NCBI GenBank assembly: GCA_963761215.1
Contig: CAVXGF010000005.1
Span: 353,127 to 417,126 of the forward strand
Length of the DNA: 64,000 nt
Direction: 5' to 3'
Source: an uncultured Solirubrobacterales bacterium
GTDB taxonomy: Bacteria; Actinomycetota; Thermoleophilia; Solirubrobacterales; 70-9
Shown: piece by piece, positions 23,127-32,320 of the stretch
Layout of the letters: every line of letters starts with the position of its first letter
How positions within the stretch are numbered: the stretch's first letter is position 1
Notes under the pieces: generated by a model
The model's database searches: none
The model's input: the letters and a program-made list of their open reading frames with translations, nothing else
Told to the model about the DNA's origin: nothing
Position numbers and translations under genes: made by a program

Positions 23127-23217
23127 TATTTTTTGGTAGACTCGTGCCCATGACGACCTTCCCCAGTCACTCAGCCCCCGGCAACGGCAACGGCTCTGCA
23201 CGCCCGCAACGGGCACC

Positions 23218-23547
23218 GTGTCGGCCGAAGCTGCGATCCCGGTCGACTGGGAGCGGCTGGCACGAGCCACCGCCCACCCCCTGCGGGTCTCGATCCTCGA
23301 GATCCTCGGGCTCGACGGGGGGCGCACGCTCTCGCCGAGCGACCTCTGCCGGGAGCTGCAGATCCCCCTCAGCAACACCAACTACCACGTCACCGAGCTG
23401 GCCAAAGCGGGGCTGATCGAGCTCGCCCGCCAGCGCCAGGTCCGCGGCGCGACCGAGCACTTCTACCGCCTCGCCGGGGACGCGGGCAAGCGCGACCGCG
23501 GCGGGGAGGGCGGGACCCGCGAGCTGCAGACCCCGCTCGCGGCCTGA
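23218..23547 (+). CDS. ArsR-family winged-helix transcriptional regulator
   Basis: 109 aa from a GTG start: ...HPLRVSILEILGLDGGRTLSPSDLCRELQIPLSNTNYHVTELAKAGLIELARQRQVRGATEHFYRL. Confidence 0.75.
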   Translation: MSAEAAIPVDWERLARATAHPLRVSILEILGLDGGRTLSPSDLCRELQIPLSNTNYHVTELAKAGLIELARQRQVRGATEHFYRLAGDAGKRDRGGEGGTRELQTPLAA

Positions 23548-23550
23548 GGC

Positions 23551-25439
23551 CTACCGAGTCACCGTGGCGGTGGCTTCCGAGTAGACCGTCCCGGCGGAGC
23601 GGGCGATCTTGATCGTGTCCGTGAACTTGCGTTTCGCCGGGGCGGTGTAGACGAACACCGCGCTCGAGACCGCCGGGCCGGAAGAGGAGATGGTCACGGG
23701 GCTGCCGGCGATCTTCCCGCTCTTCGCGGTGATCTTGGCTTTATGGCCGGTGCCGAGGTTGGAGACGACGTTGCCGAGCGCGTCGGTGACCGCGACCCGG
23801 CCGGTGACCGTGCCGCTGTTGCCGAGCGATGCGACCTCACAGCTGAACAGGCACGGCGACCCGATTTCGCCGGCGCTGAGGACGACTTCGGCGAGGGCGA
23901 AGTTGGAGGCGCTCCCGGCCGCGACCGTCAGGCTCAGCGGGCTGGTGGTCGAGATCGCTTCGTCGCTGGCCGAGATTTCGGTCGCGCCGGCGGCGGTCAG
24001 CCGCATCAGCCCGTTCTTCGCCGCGCTCACCGCGGCGACCCCGGCGGCGAAGTCCAGCGCGGTCGGGGAGCCGATCGCGACCGCGTTTCCGGCACGGTCG
24101 GCGACGGTCGGCGTTTCCCCGCTCGGGCTCGCTTCGCCTCCGGCGAAGGTGATCTGGTGGGTGCCGGCGTAGGCGGTCGCGACGTTCCCGTATTCGTCCT
24201 CGGCGGTCGTCGTCAGGTCGTCGGCGGCGCCCGCCACAGGGGCCAGGGTCGCGGCGCCGAGGACGAGCTTGGACGCGGGGCCGGGCGAGATGGTGAGGGC
24301 GAGCGGCGCCGCGCTGGTGAGCGAGCCTTCGCTCGCCCTCACGGCGGCGGTTCCGCTGCCGAAGAGGCGCATCGTCCCGTTGGCGCCGCCCGCCGCCTTC
24401 GCCACGCCGGCGAGAAAGGCGATCGGCGTCGCCGTACCGAAGGCCACCGCGGTGCCGCTGGAGCTCGAGACCGTCGGCGCGTTCCCGCCCGGGCTCGAAC
24501 CGGCGCCGGAGAAGGTCACGCCCTTGGTCCCGGCGTAGGAGGTCGCGGTGTTGCCATAGGCGTCGACCGCGGCGATCGTGAGGTCGTCGGCCGCCCCCGC
24601 CGCCGGAGTCGCGCTGGCGGCAGCCAGCGTCAGCTTCGACGCGGCGAGGGGCGTAACCGTGAGCGCCAGCGGCACCGCGGTGGTCACCGTGCCCTCGGTT
24701 GCCAGCACGCTCGCCGGGCCGGCGCGGTAGGCCCTCAGCGCCCCGTTGCGCGAGGAGGACACGCTGGTGACCCCGTTGGTGAAGGTGAGCGCGGTCGGGG
24801 AGCCGAAGGGGACGGCCGTGCCGGCGCTGTCGACCACGGTGGGCTGGCTGCCGCCCGGGCTCGCCGAGGCACCGGAGAAGACGAGTTCGTGAGAGCCGAC
24901 GTAGGTGGTGACGGTCGCGCCGCCTTCGTCCTCCGCCGTGATCGTGAGGTCGTCGGCCGTGCCCGCCGCGGGCGTCGAGGTCGAGGCCGAGATCGCGAAG
25001 TGGGTGACCGCGCCGCCCATCACGCTGGCCGAGCGGGCGACGCTCGTCGCGCTCCAGGAGCGCCACACGGCGGTCACCGTGTAGGTGTGCGTGCCTTCCG
25101 CGACGCCGGTATCGGTGCAGCTCGTGACCGGGCTCGGAGCGGCCGGCGGCGGACAGCTGCCGGCGGGTGCGCCGCCGTCGCGGCGCACGTAGTAGGTGAC
25201 CCCGCCCGAGCCCGGGGCGCTCACGGCGCTCCAGGAGAGCGCGACCTGGCCGCTGCCCGGGGTCGGCGTGGCGAGCGTCGGAGCCGCCAGCTGGGTGACC
25301 GCGGCCGGGGCTTCGCCCGCGCCCGCCGTCGTGAAGTAGGCGAAGGCCGTGCCCGCGAGCGCGACGATGGCGAGCAGCGCCGTCCCCCCGCGAGGCAACC
25401 CCGGAGGGCACCTCGCCCCGCGTTTGCGCGACGTCCCAT
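23551..25439 (-). CDS. secreted FN3 + Ig-like-repeat surface protein with a TasA/SipW-class signal peptide
   Basis: Start is at TTG 25398, or at ATG 25439 with one frame change. N-terminus: ...GGTALLAIVALAGTAFAYFTTAGAGE. FN3: VALSWSAVSAPGSGGVTYYVRRDG...GTHTYTVTAVWRSW. Three ~122-aa repeats and a divergent fourth module follow. About 1.85 kb is read without any frame break. Confidence 0.75.
23896..24999 (-). repeat. three tandem in-frame ~366-369-nt coding repeats (Ig-like modules) within the surface protein
   Basis: Each unit has the form ...AAG(T/A)ADDLT(I/T)(T/A)A.D..G......Y.G....(V/I)(T/V)F(S/A)G...SP.G..PTV....G.AV..G..T...F..GV........NG..R.....G......S.......PL.LT(V/I)...AS(K/N)(L/F). 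Confidence 0.8.
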
Positions 25440-25463
25440 GGGCGGGCTCGGGTCGGCCGCGGG

Positions 25464-25935
25464 CTAGTTGTCGGCGAGGTGCAGCGTCAGCGTCGCGCCC
25501 TGGCAGGCGTCCTGGCTGACCCCGGTTTCGTTCATCGTCAGGCTGCCGGTCGGGGTGACCGACTGGCCGTTGCCCGACGCGAACACCTTGTTGACGGCCA
25601 CCGCGGGCATCGTGAAGTCCGGGTTGCCGCCGGTGATCGTCGTGCTGCAGCTCGAGTGGGCAGCGTCGACGGTGATGCTCGAGAGCGAGATCGTGCCGAC
25701 CCGCAGGGAGCCCGAGGACGGGTTGTCGACGGTGAAGGTGACGGTCGCGGAGGAGCCCGGGTAGAGATTCGAGCCGACGGTCGCGTGCAGCGTGACCGCC
25801 GAGCCCGAGCCGACGGCGGCGGTGCCGGTGCCGGTGCCGGTAGCCGGTGAAGTAGGCGTAGGCGCCGACGGCCGTGGCGAGCACCGCGACGCAGCCGAGG
25901 GCGGCCAGAGCACGCTGCTTGGACATCAGACCCAT
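25464..25935 (-). CDS. small secreted protein (~155 aa) with a TasA/SipW-class signal peptide; one frame change right after the signal
   Basis: AGGAGA then ATG 25935: MGLMSKQRALAALGCVAVLATAVGAYAYFT. Removing one C near 25846 continues as ATGTGTGTAAVGSGSAVTLHATVGSNLYPGSSATVTFTVDNPSSGSLRVGTISLSSITVD...LTLHLADN (track ORF 25464-25913). Confidence 0.65.
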
Positions 25936-26096
25936 GTTCTCTCCTAGCGTTTTCGCCGGGTGCGAGCTCCCGGATGCGCGTTCATCGGCGCGGCCCGGGC
26001 GCGGCTTTAGATCGGAATGTCAATCCTTCAAGAACCGCTCTGTAGCGCCCGTGCAGCGCCCTGAGACGCGCCTCGCGCCGCTTCCGCGCCCGTGGC

Positions 26097-27497
26097 TCAG
26101 TGGCCGCCGAAGATGGTGCGGCGGTAGACGCTGGTGACGCCGTGCGTGGCGGCGCCGCTGAGGTTGGTCGCGCGGCTCTGGAAGGTGGCGAGCGAGGCTC
26201 CCGCCGAGCAGGCCACGTGGGAGGAGTCGCCGTTGCCGCCGCGGCCGTAGCGCCCGCTCATGCGCGAGATGAGGAAGGTGCTGCGATTGCGCATGCTGTG
26301 CACGTAGACGTTCTCGACCGAGGTGTCGACGCCGAAGCCGTCGTAGCTGTTGCCGAGGTTGGTGGCGACCGAGGCGAAGCAGACGAAATTGCCGTCGCGC
26401 GGGAAGGACGGGTCGAAGGAGTCGCCGTTGGCCGGCGGGCCGTTGTCGACTTTCTGGCCGTGCTGGTTGCCGAGACTGCGCGAGTTGAGCAGGATCGCGC
26501 CGCTGCCGAGGTCCTTGACGAAGATGTTCTGCACCCGGTCGGCGACCGAGTCCAGGTTGGTCGCGCGGGAGGCGAAGGCGACCTTGCCCCCGTCGCCGTC
26601 GACCGAGGGCGTGATCGAGGCGGCGTTGGCGACCTGGCCGCTTTCGTCGGTCGAGACCAGGATCGTCCTGCCGCCGCGCAGGTCGCGCTCGTAGACCTGC
26701 GTGCCGGCGCCGGGCGGCGCGCCGAGGTTCGTCGCCCGCGACTGGAAGACCACCGCGCCGCCGTGGGCGGAGATCTCGGGTTCGGTCGAGTCGCCGTCGC
26801 CGGGGCTGCCGTCGTCGGCCCGCGAGACGAGGATCGTCCGCCCGTTCTTCAGGTCGCGCAGGTAGACCTGCGTGACCCCCGGGACCGCGCCCGGCAGGTT
26901 CGAGGCGGCCGAGGCGAAGACGACGCGGTCGGCCTTCTGGTCGATGCTGGGGGTGAAGCTGTCGGCGTTCGCGGCGGCGCCCCCGCGGCCGTTGGCGCGC
27001 GAGACGAGCGTCGTCGTGCCGCGGAAGAGGTTGCGCAGGTAGACGCCCTGGACGCCGCGCCGACCGCCGAGGTTGGTGGCGAGGCTGGTGAAGGCGATCT
27101 TCCTCCCCCCGCCCGAGATCGCCGGGGCGCCGGAGGAGCCGTTGGCCTTCGCGCCACGGCGACCGTTGGCGCGCGAGATCAGGATCGTCCGGTGGGAGGC
27201 CACCTTGCGGGCGAAAACCTCGCTGCGATGGGGCCCGGCACCCAGGTCGCGGGCGAAGGAGGCGAAGGCGATCCACTTGGCGTCCTGGGAGATCGCGGGG
27301 GCGAAGCTGTTCCCGTTGGCGCCGTGGGAGTCGCCGCCGGAGGGGCGGCTGAGCAGCATCGTGCGGTAGTCGCCGGGAAAGGTCACGTAGGGCTCGGCGA
27401 GCGCCTGGCCGACCACCGCGACGGTCGCGCAGAGGCAGGCGAGCAGGAGCAGCCTGCGGCGCCGCCGGCGCGTTGGACCAGGACCGGTCTTCCTCAT
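26097..27497 (-). CDS. secreted PD40/TolB-like beta-propeller repeat protein
   Basis: Intact 466 codons from ATG 27497. N-terminus [34 protein letters not shown], then about 7 repeats of the type S..P.IS.DG..(I/V)AF.S.A.NL.....G..Q(V/I)Y.RDL..G.T.LVSR. Confidence 0.8.
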   Translation of the reverse strand: MRKTGPGPTRRRRRRLLLLACLCATVAVVGQALAEPYVTFPGDYRTMLLSRPSGGDSHGANGNSFAPAISQDAKWIAFASFARDLGAGPHRSEVFARKVASHRTILISRANGRRGAKANGSSGAPAISGGGRKIAFTSLATNLGGRRGVQGVYLRNLFRGTTTLVSRANGRGGAAANADSFTPSIDQKADRVVFASAASNLPGAVPGVTQVYLRDLKNGRTILVSRADDGSPGDGDSTEPEISAHGGAVVFQSRATNLGAPPGAGTQVYERDLRGGRTILVSTDESGQVANAASITPSVDGDGGKVAFASRATNLDSVADRVQNIFVKDLGSGAILLNSRSLGNQHGQKVDNGPPANGDSFDPSFPRDGNFVCFASVATNLGNSYDGFGVDTSVENVYVHSMRNRSTFLISRMSGRYGRGGNGDSSHVACSAGASLATFQSRATNLSGAATHGVTSVYRRTIFGGH

Positions 27498-27601
27498 GGA
27501 ACGGTTATCGGCCTCGCGAGCAGAGCCTGAAGTGTTGCGAATCTGCCCGTCTGACCTCGGACTGCCCTCGGCACCGCACCGGTATGCAAAGCTCGGCTCC
27601 G

Positions 27602-28792
27602 ATGAGCGCGGCCTACGTCTACGAGGCAGTCCGCACCCCGTTCGGCCGCTACGGCGGGGCGCTCGCCGGGGTCCGCCCCGACGACCTCGCCGCCCACTCG
27701 CTGCGGGCTCTGCTCGACCGCGTGCCGGACCTCGACGCTCGAGCGGATCGACGACGTGATCCTCGGCGACGCCAACGGCGCCGGCGAGGACAACCGCGAC
27801 GTCGCCCGCATGGCGGTGCTGCTCGCCGGGCTGCCGACCGGCCGTCCCCGGCGCCACCGTCAACCGGCTCTGCGGCTCGAGCCTGGAGGCGACGATCCAG
27901 GCGGCGCGGGCGATCGAGTCCGGCGACGCCGAGGTCGATCGTCGCCGGCGGCGTGGAGTCGATGAGCCGGGCGCCCTGGGTGCTGGCGAAGCCCGAGCGC
28001 GGCTTCCCCGCCGGTCCGCGAGACGCTGCACTCGACCACGCTCGGCTGGCGCATGGTCAACCCGCGAGATGCCCGAGCGGTGGACGATCAGCCTCGGCGA
28101 ATCGGCCGAGAAGCTGGCCGAGATCTACGCGATCTCCCGCGAGGAGCAGGACCGCTTCGCGCTGCGCAGCCACACCCTCGCCGCCAGGGCCTACGACGAG
28201 GGGGCGATGGGCGAGGTGGTGCCGGTGCCCGGCGTCGACCTCGAGCGCGACGAGGGGATCCGCGACCGACACCTCGCTCGAGAAGCTCGCCAAGCTGAAG
28301 CCGGCCTTCGTCGAGGGCGGCACGCGTCACCGCCGGCAACTCCTCGCCGCTCAACGACGGCGCCTCGATGCTGCTGCTCGGCTCCGAGGCGGCCGGCGCG
28401 AGACGATCGGCGCCGCAGCCGCTCGCCCGCGTCGTCTCCCGCGGCGTCGCACGGCGTCGACCCCGACGTCTTCGGGATCGCGCCGGTCGAGGCGGCCAAC
28501 ATGGCGCTGGCGCGGGCCGGGATCGGCTGGGGCGAGGTCGACGCGGTCGAGCTCAACGAGGCCTTCGCCTCCCAGAGCCTCGCCTGCCTCGCAGGGCTGG
28601 CCGGAGCTCGACCCGGAGAAGGTCAACGTGCGCGGCGGCGCGATCGCGATCGGCCACCCGCTCGGGGCCTCCGGCGCCCGCGTCGTCGGCCGCGTGGTCA
28701 AGGAGCTGCGGGCAAGCGGGGGCCGGTACGGGCTGGCGGCGCTCTGCATCGGCGTCGGCCAAGGGCTGGCGCTGGTCGTGGAGGCGGCGTGA
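27602..28792 (+). CDS. acetyl-CoA C-acyltransferase (thiolase, PaaJ/PcaF-like); at least six frame changes
   Basis: [29 protein letters not shown] (active-site Cys), [32 protein letters not shown] and [16 protein letters not shown]...LCIGVGQG are read across successive frames. Confidence 0.85.
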   Translation: MSAAYVYEAVRTPFGRYGGALAGVRPDDLAAHSLRALLDRVPDLDARADRRRDPRRRQRRRRGQPRRRPHGGAARRAADRPSPAPPSTGSAARAWRRRSRRRGRSSPATPRSIVAGGVESMSRAPWVLAKPERGFPAGPRDAALDHARLAHGQPARCPSGGRSASANRPRSWPRSTRSPARSRTASRCAATPSPPGPTTRGRWARWCRCPASTSSATRGSATDTSLEKLAKLKPAFVEGGTRHRRQLLAAQRRRLDAAARLRGGRRETIGAAAARPRRLPRRRTASTPTSSGSRRSRRPTWRWRGPGSAGARSTRSSSTRPSPPRASPASQGWPELDPEKVNVRGGAIAIGHPLGASGARVVGRVVKELRASGGRYGLAALCIGVGQGLALVVEAA

Positions 28793-29259
28793 GCGCCGCG
28801 AAGCGCAGCGGCGCGGCGGCCGGCGGCGCCAACCTGGCCTCGATCACCTGGAGCGACAGGCTCGACTGGGCCGACACGGACGCTGCCGGCATCGCCCACT
28901 GGACCGCCGTCTTCCGCATGGTGGAGCGAGCCGAGGCGGCGCTGTTCACGGCGCTCGGGCACCCGGACGTGTTCGGGATGGCGCCGCGCACCGCGGTCCG
29001 CGTGCGCTACCGCAGCCCGCTGCGCTTCAACGATCCGGTCGAGGTCGAGCTGAAGGTGACCAAGGCCGGCACCGCGAGGATCGAGTACTCGTTCCTCGTC
29101 TGCGGCCCCGAGGGGGTGGCCGCCGAAGGAGCGCTTTCGGCCTGCGTCGTCGATCCCGAGACGATGCGGGTGGTGCCGATGCCGGACGAGCTGCGCGAGC
29201 TCCTGGCTGGCGCCGGGGAGCAGGGAGGAGGAGACGGCAGCCGTCAGGGCGGACCATAG
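28789..29259 (+). CDS. acyl-CoA thioesterase, 4HBT/hotdog fold
   Basis: GTG 28789 overlaps the thiolase stop (GTGA). Sequence: ...[31 protein letters not shown]...[35 protein letters not shown]. Confidence 0.6.
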   Translation: MSAAKRSGAAAGGANLASITWSDRLDWADTDAAGIAHWTAVFRMVERAEAALFTALGHPDVFGMAPRTAVRVRYRSPLRFNDPVEVELKVTKAGTARIEYSFLVCGPEGVAAEGALSACVVDPETMRVVPMPDELRELLAGAGEQGGGDGSRQGGP

Positions 29260-29436
29260 CCCCCTCTCCCGCGCTCCGACCACCGCCCATCCCGCGTAGA
29301 AGAGAGCCGCCGAGCCCTGCGCGCCTACCGTTCTTGGGAGTGGGAACTACTCCAAATCAGCCGAGCTATTGGCGGGTGACGCACAAAGTCGCGGCAGTCG
29401 CCGGGTCGCTTCGGCGTCGTATGCCTAGCGGTTCTG

Positions 29437-30276
29437 GTGGTAGTGAGCGCACTGCACAACGTAAGCGCCCTTGCCACGGTGGCTCTCGCATTGGCCATTC
29501 TGGCGTTCGCGGTTCAGCTCATCGTGTTCGTAGCCCAGTACAACCTGGCGAGTGAGCAGGGACGGAGGAGCGAGGAGCTCTACGGGTCAATTCAGACCGT
29601 CCTGGCAGAGATCAAGGAGAAGGCGGCCATTACCCAGGCGGACGTGCGCAGGCTCGACGACAAGATGCTTGAAGGTCTCTTGTCTAAGCAAGCTGCAGAC
29701 CCCGGGGCGAGCAAGCTGAGTCCTGGGGAGCTGATCGACGAGGCGACGATGCCAAAGGCTGGTGGTGGTGCCCTCAGTGGGGAGCTTCTCAATTTGGTTT
29801 CCAGCGGCGGCGGTGTGAGGTCATCGAGCACTAGGGTCGTGCCGTGGCCCAAACGCCGTCCCGATCCGATGAACGACGACCGCCTGCGCGAGCTGCTGGA
29901 AACCTTCCCCGCAGCGGACGAAGTGGGCGACACGCTGGACATCCTGAAATCCCTGTCCGACGAGGAACGGATGAACCTTAGGGCGTTTGGTGACGACGAG
30001 ATCATCATGCGGCGCCCGGGATCGGAGTTCGAACCATCATTGACTGATGCCGCAGCGTCGGGCTCAGAGGAAAAGCGTCTGGTTGAGCCGTACCCTGATG
30101 ATCGACAGCCGCAAGGGGAGCCCGTCAGGTTCATGCATCTGACCAATCGAGGTCGTGGTGTGGCGCGCCTGCTGAGCGCGAAGGGCAACGCCCCCGACCA
30201 TCTGCCGGGGCTCGAGGAGATCCGGTCGAGCACTCCTGAACGGCTTCCCGGGTATCAGGCAGCGGCGCGGCAGTAG
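29437..30276 (+). CDS. hypothetical N-terminally membrane-anchored protein with atypical codon usage
   Basis: Intact 279-aa ORF. TM helix VSALATVALALAILAFAVQLIVFVA, then a charged helical region and an unrecognisable C-terminal domain. It shows visibly more A/T-ending codons (GTA, TTG, ATT, TCA, CTT, GAA, TCT, CAA, GCT) than the flanking genes. Confidence 0.5.
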   Translation: MVVSALHNVSALATVALALAILAFAVQLIVFVAQYNLASEQGRRSEELYGSIQTVLAEIKEKAAITQADVRRLDDKMLEGLLSKQAADPGASKLSPGELIDEATMPKAGGGALSGELLNLVSSGGGVRSSSTRVVPWPKRRPDPMNDDRLRELLETFPAADEVGDTLDILKSLSDEERMNLRAFGDDEIIMRRPGSEFEPSLTDAAASGSEEKRLVEPYPDDRQPQGEPVRFMHLTNRGRGVARLLSAKGNAPDHLPGLEEIRSSTPERLPGYQAAARQ

Positions 30277-30340
30277 GGTCAGACCGCCGGCTCTATCCAC
30301 CTCGGCTCGCGTGACTTCCCCTCGTAGGTCCGTGAGACCC

Positions 30341-30577
30341 CTAACGCCTCTGCTCCAGCAGGCGTCGCAAGTCGTCGGGCCCAAGCCCGGCGTCGCGCAA
30401 AATACCTGCGAGCGTGCCCTTGCGCAGCTCCTTGTGAAGAGGCACGACCAGGGCCATCCGCCGTCCCGACTTCTTCAGCCGCACATGGCTGCCGCGCTGA
30501 CGCACGACCACCCAGCCGTCGGCTTCCAGCGCCTTGATCAGTTGCCGGCCGGAGACGACCGGCTGGCGGGGGCTCAC
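30341..30577 (-). CDS. hicA: HicA-family toxin (mRNA interferase)
   Basis: 78 aa: ...VSGRQLIKALEADGWVVVRQRGSHVRLKK...VVPLHKELRKGTLAGILRDAGL. 4-nt overlap with the upstream hicB. Confidence 0.8.
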   Translation of the reverse strand: MSPRQPVVSGRQLIKALEADGWVVVRQRGSHVRLKKSGRRMALVVPLHKELRKGTLAGILRDAGLGPDDLRRLLEQRR

Positions 30578-30798
30578 GCGGGGAGCGGGATCTTGCGACG
30601 GACGATGCCCATCTCGAGGGACTCGCCGTCTTCACGGAGTCCTTCGACGTAGAGGGCGACCGCCTCGTTCGCGTTGGCCAGCGCGTCGTCCAGGTCGTCG
30701 CCCTGCGTGTGCAGGCCCGGGAGCTCGGGAGCGTACACGTGGTAGCCACCCTCCTCCTGGGGCTCGAAGATGAGCTCGATCTCTCGCGCTTCGGCCAT
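30574..30798 (-). CDS. hicB: HicB-family antitoxin (short form)
   Basis: 74 aa from ATG 30798: MAEAREIELIFEPQEEGGYHVYAPELPGLHTQGDDLDDALANANEAVALYVEGLREDGE. Confidence 0.75.
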   Translation of the reverse strand: MAEAREIELIFEPQEEGGYHVYAPELPGLHTQGDDLDDALANANEAVALYVEGLREDGESLEMGIVRRKIPLPA

Positions 30799-30816
30799 CG
30801 CCCATTGAGGATAGAG

Positions 30817-30890
30817 GACGGGTCTCGAACCACCCTGCCGGTTCCTGGCTCTGCAGAGCCAACGGGAAAGCGGACGACGGGTCTCGAACC
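30817..30890. repeat. 15-nt direct repeat: a copy of the tRNA-Gly T-arm (gacgggtctcgaacc) 59 nt from the original
   Basis: Identical 15-mers at 30817-30831 and 30876-30890. The second lies inside the tRNA. A perfect 14-bp palindrome, ggctctgcagagcc (30847-30860), lies between the copies. Confidence 0.7.
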
Positions 30891-30941
30891 CGCGACCTCG
30901 AGCTTGGGAAGCTCGCGCTCTACCAGCTGAGCTACGTCCGC
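30869..30941 (-). tRNA. tRNA-Gly (anticodon CCC)
   Basis: Hand-folded cloverleaf: acceptor GCGGACG/CGTCCGC, U8A9, D-arm GCTC-AGCTGGTA-GAGC, anticodon arm CGAGC-TTCCCAA-GCTCG, variable loop AGGTC, T-arm GCGGG-TTCGAGA-CCCGT, discriminator T. 73 nt; CCA is not encoded. Confidence 0.9.
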
Positions 30942-31034
30942 GCGATGCGATTCTACGTCGAGAACAAGAGCAGCGCAGGTCGCTCCGCGTCGGGGTTGGG
31001 ATACTCAGGTTCGGAGCAGACAAGGGAGGAGATC

Positions 31035-31366
31035 ATGGCCGCGATCCTGTTCGTGCGCATCAAGTCCGACCTCGACCCGGAGGAGTTCGGCCGCCGCCTG
31101 TTGGAGCGTCGGCCACGCTTCCGCGACGTGCCCGGCCTGGTCCAGAAGATCTACGGGCGCGACCAGGCGACGGGCGAGGTGTGCGGCATCTACTTCTTCG
31201 AGACGGAGGAGGCCCTGACCGCATTCCGCGAGACCGAGCTCGCCGAACGATTCCGCAGGCGTATCAGGCGGTCGACGTCCGGCGCGAGGTCTATGACGTC
31301 CTCTATCCACTCTGGCCGGAACGGGGGCCGTTCGGGGATGCCAGCCGCATGACGACGGCGCATTAG
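31035..31366 (+). CDS. YdhR-like small dimeric alpha/beta-barrel protein (putative monooxygenase family); one frame change near 31250
   Basis: MAAILFVRIKSDLDPEEFGRRLLERRPRFRDVPGLVQKIYGRDQATGEVCGIYFFETEEALTAFRETELAE continues as ...IPQAYQAVDVRREVYDVLYPLW in ORF 31181-31366. Confidence 0.45.
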
Positions 31367-31434
31367 GCGCGCCGGCGGCGGCGTTCGGTGTCGGCGAGGA
31401 CGAGCGCTTCGCTCCCTGACCCCCAGGGCCCACT

Positions 31435-32269
31435 CTAGGTGCCGTTCCCGACCAGGGGTCGTTCGACGGCGACGCGGCTGCGGCCGATCGTGAGGCCGCG
31501 GGCGTAGGTGGTCACCGTTTCGAACATGCCGACCTCGCGGTAGTTCTGGATGTAGAGGGAGTTGGGGGCGCCGTCGTTGGTCGAGTCCAGGGTTTCCATC
31601 TGCAGCCGGCGAGTCGGGGCGACGCCGTTCGGGTTGGGGGTGCCCGCGGAGAAGAAGGTCGACCGGGCGGCCGTCGACCCACATTTCGACGAAGCCGTCG
31701 CGGGCGAAGCGGTCGTGCACGACGACCGTGATCCAGCGATCCCTGACCAGCGGCATCGCCCAGGGCACGTCGAAGCCGTAGGTCCCGTTGCGCGACCAGC
31801 GGATCTGTTCTTCGTGGACTTCGAGGTGCCAGGGCGGGCTTTCCTCATAAGGGGGGCCGTAGGGCCCCTCCATCACGGTCACCCAGCCGGGGACGCTCGC
31901 GGGGAAGCTCGCCGGGAGGAGGAGTTCGGTGCTCCACCAGAGCTCGTCGCCGGGCTCGATGTCCGGCGGCGAGGCCAGCTGCGCGCGGGGATTTTCGGTC
32001 GGGGTGATCGGGTAGACGTCGCCGTCGTCGACGGTCATCGCGAGCACCGGGCCGGGGCCGCCGAGCGGGTCGGGGACTTCCCGGACCGCGCCGGGCGCGG
32101 CCTGCAGCTGCGAGAAATCGGCGATCCGGGCGCCGTGGAAGGGCCGCGCGTAGTGCACGGGCCCGGTGCCCGTCTCGCCCGAGCCGCCGCAGCCGGAGAG
32201 GAGGACGGCGAGGGGCGCGAGGCAGAGCACGAGGCCCGCCGCGAACCTCGATGTCGCGCGCAAGCGCAC
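31435..32269 (-). CDS. lipoprotein with a concanavalin-like/polysaccharide-lyase-like domain; one frame change near 31700
   Basis: Lipobox LAVLLSGCGG. Then ...GDELWWSTELLLP...PWHLEVHEEQIRWSRNG...RWITVVVHDRFARDGFVEMWVDGRPV joins FFSAGTPNPNG...NSLYIQNYREVG (ORF 31435-31848). The functional call is from memory of the family and is weak. Confidence 0.45.
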
Positions 32270-32320
32270 GAGCTGAGGCTAGCCGCCCCCGAACATGGGC
32301 AGGACTAACCTTCGCTGCCC

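Noticed and set aside
25830-25860. The (GTGCCG)x3 / (ACCGGC)x3 hexanucleotide repeat, encoding TGTGTG right after the signal peptide of the small TasA-class protein, as a phase-variation switch.
   Set aside because: Slippage of a hexamer keeps the reading frame. The frame break is a single extra C next to the repeat, like the other indels in this assembly.
30801-30868. A possible second, tandem tRNA next to tRNA-Gly, suggested by the repeated T-arm 15-mer.
   Set aside because: I could not fold a cloverleaf. The T-stem partner (ccacc) does not pair with acggg, and there is no acceptor or D-arm. I treat it as an att-like scar, not a gene.
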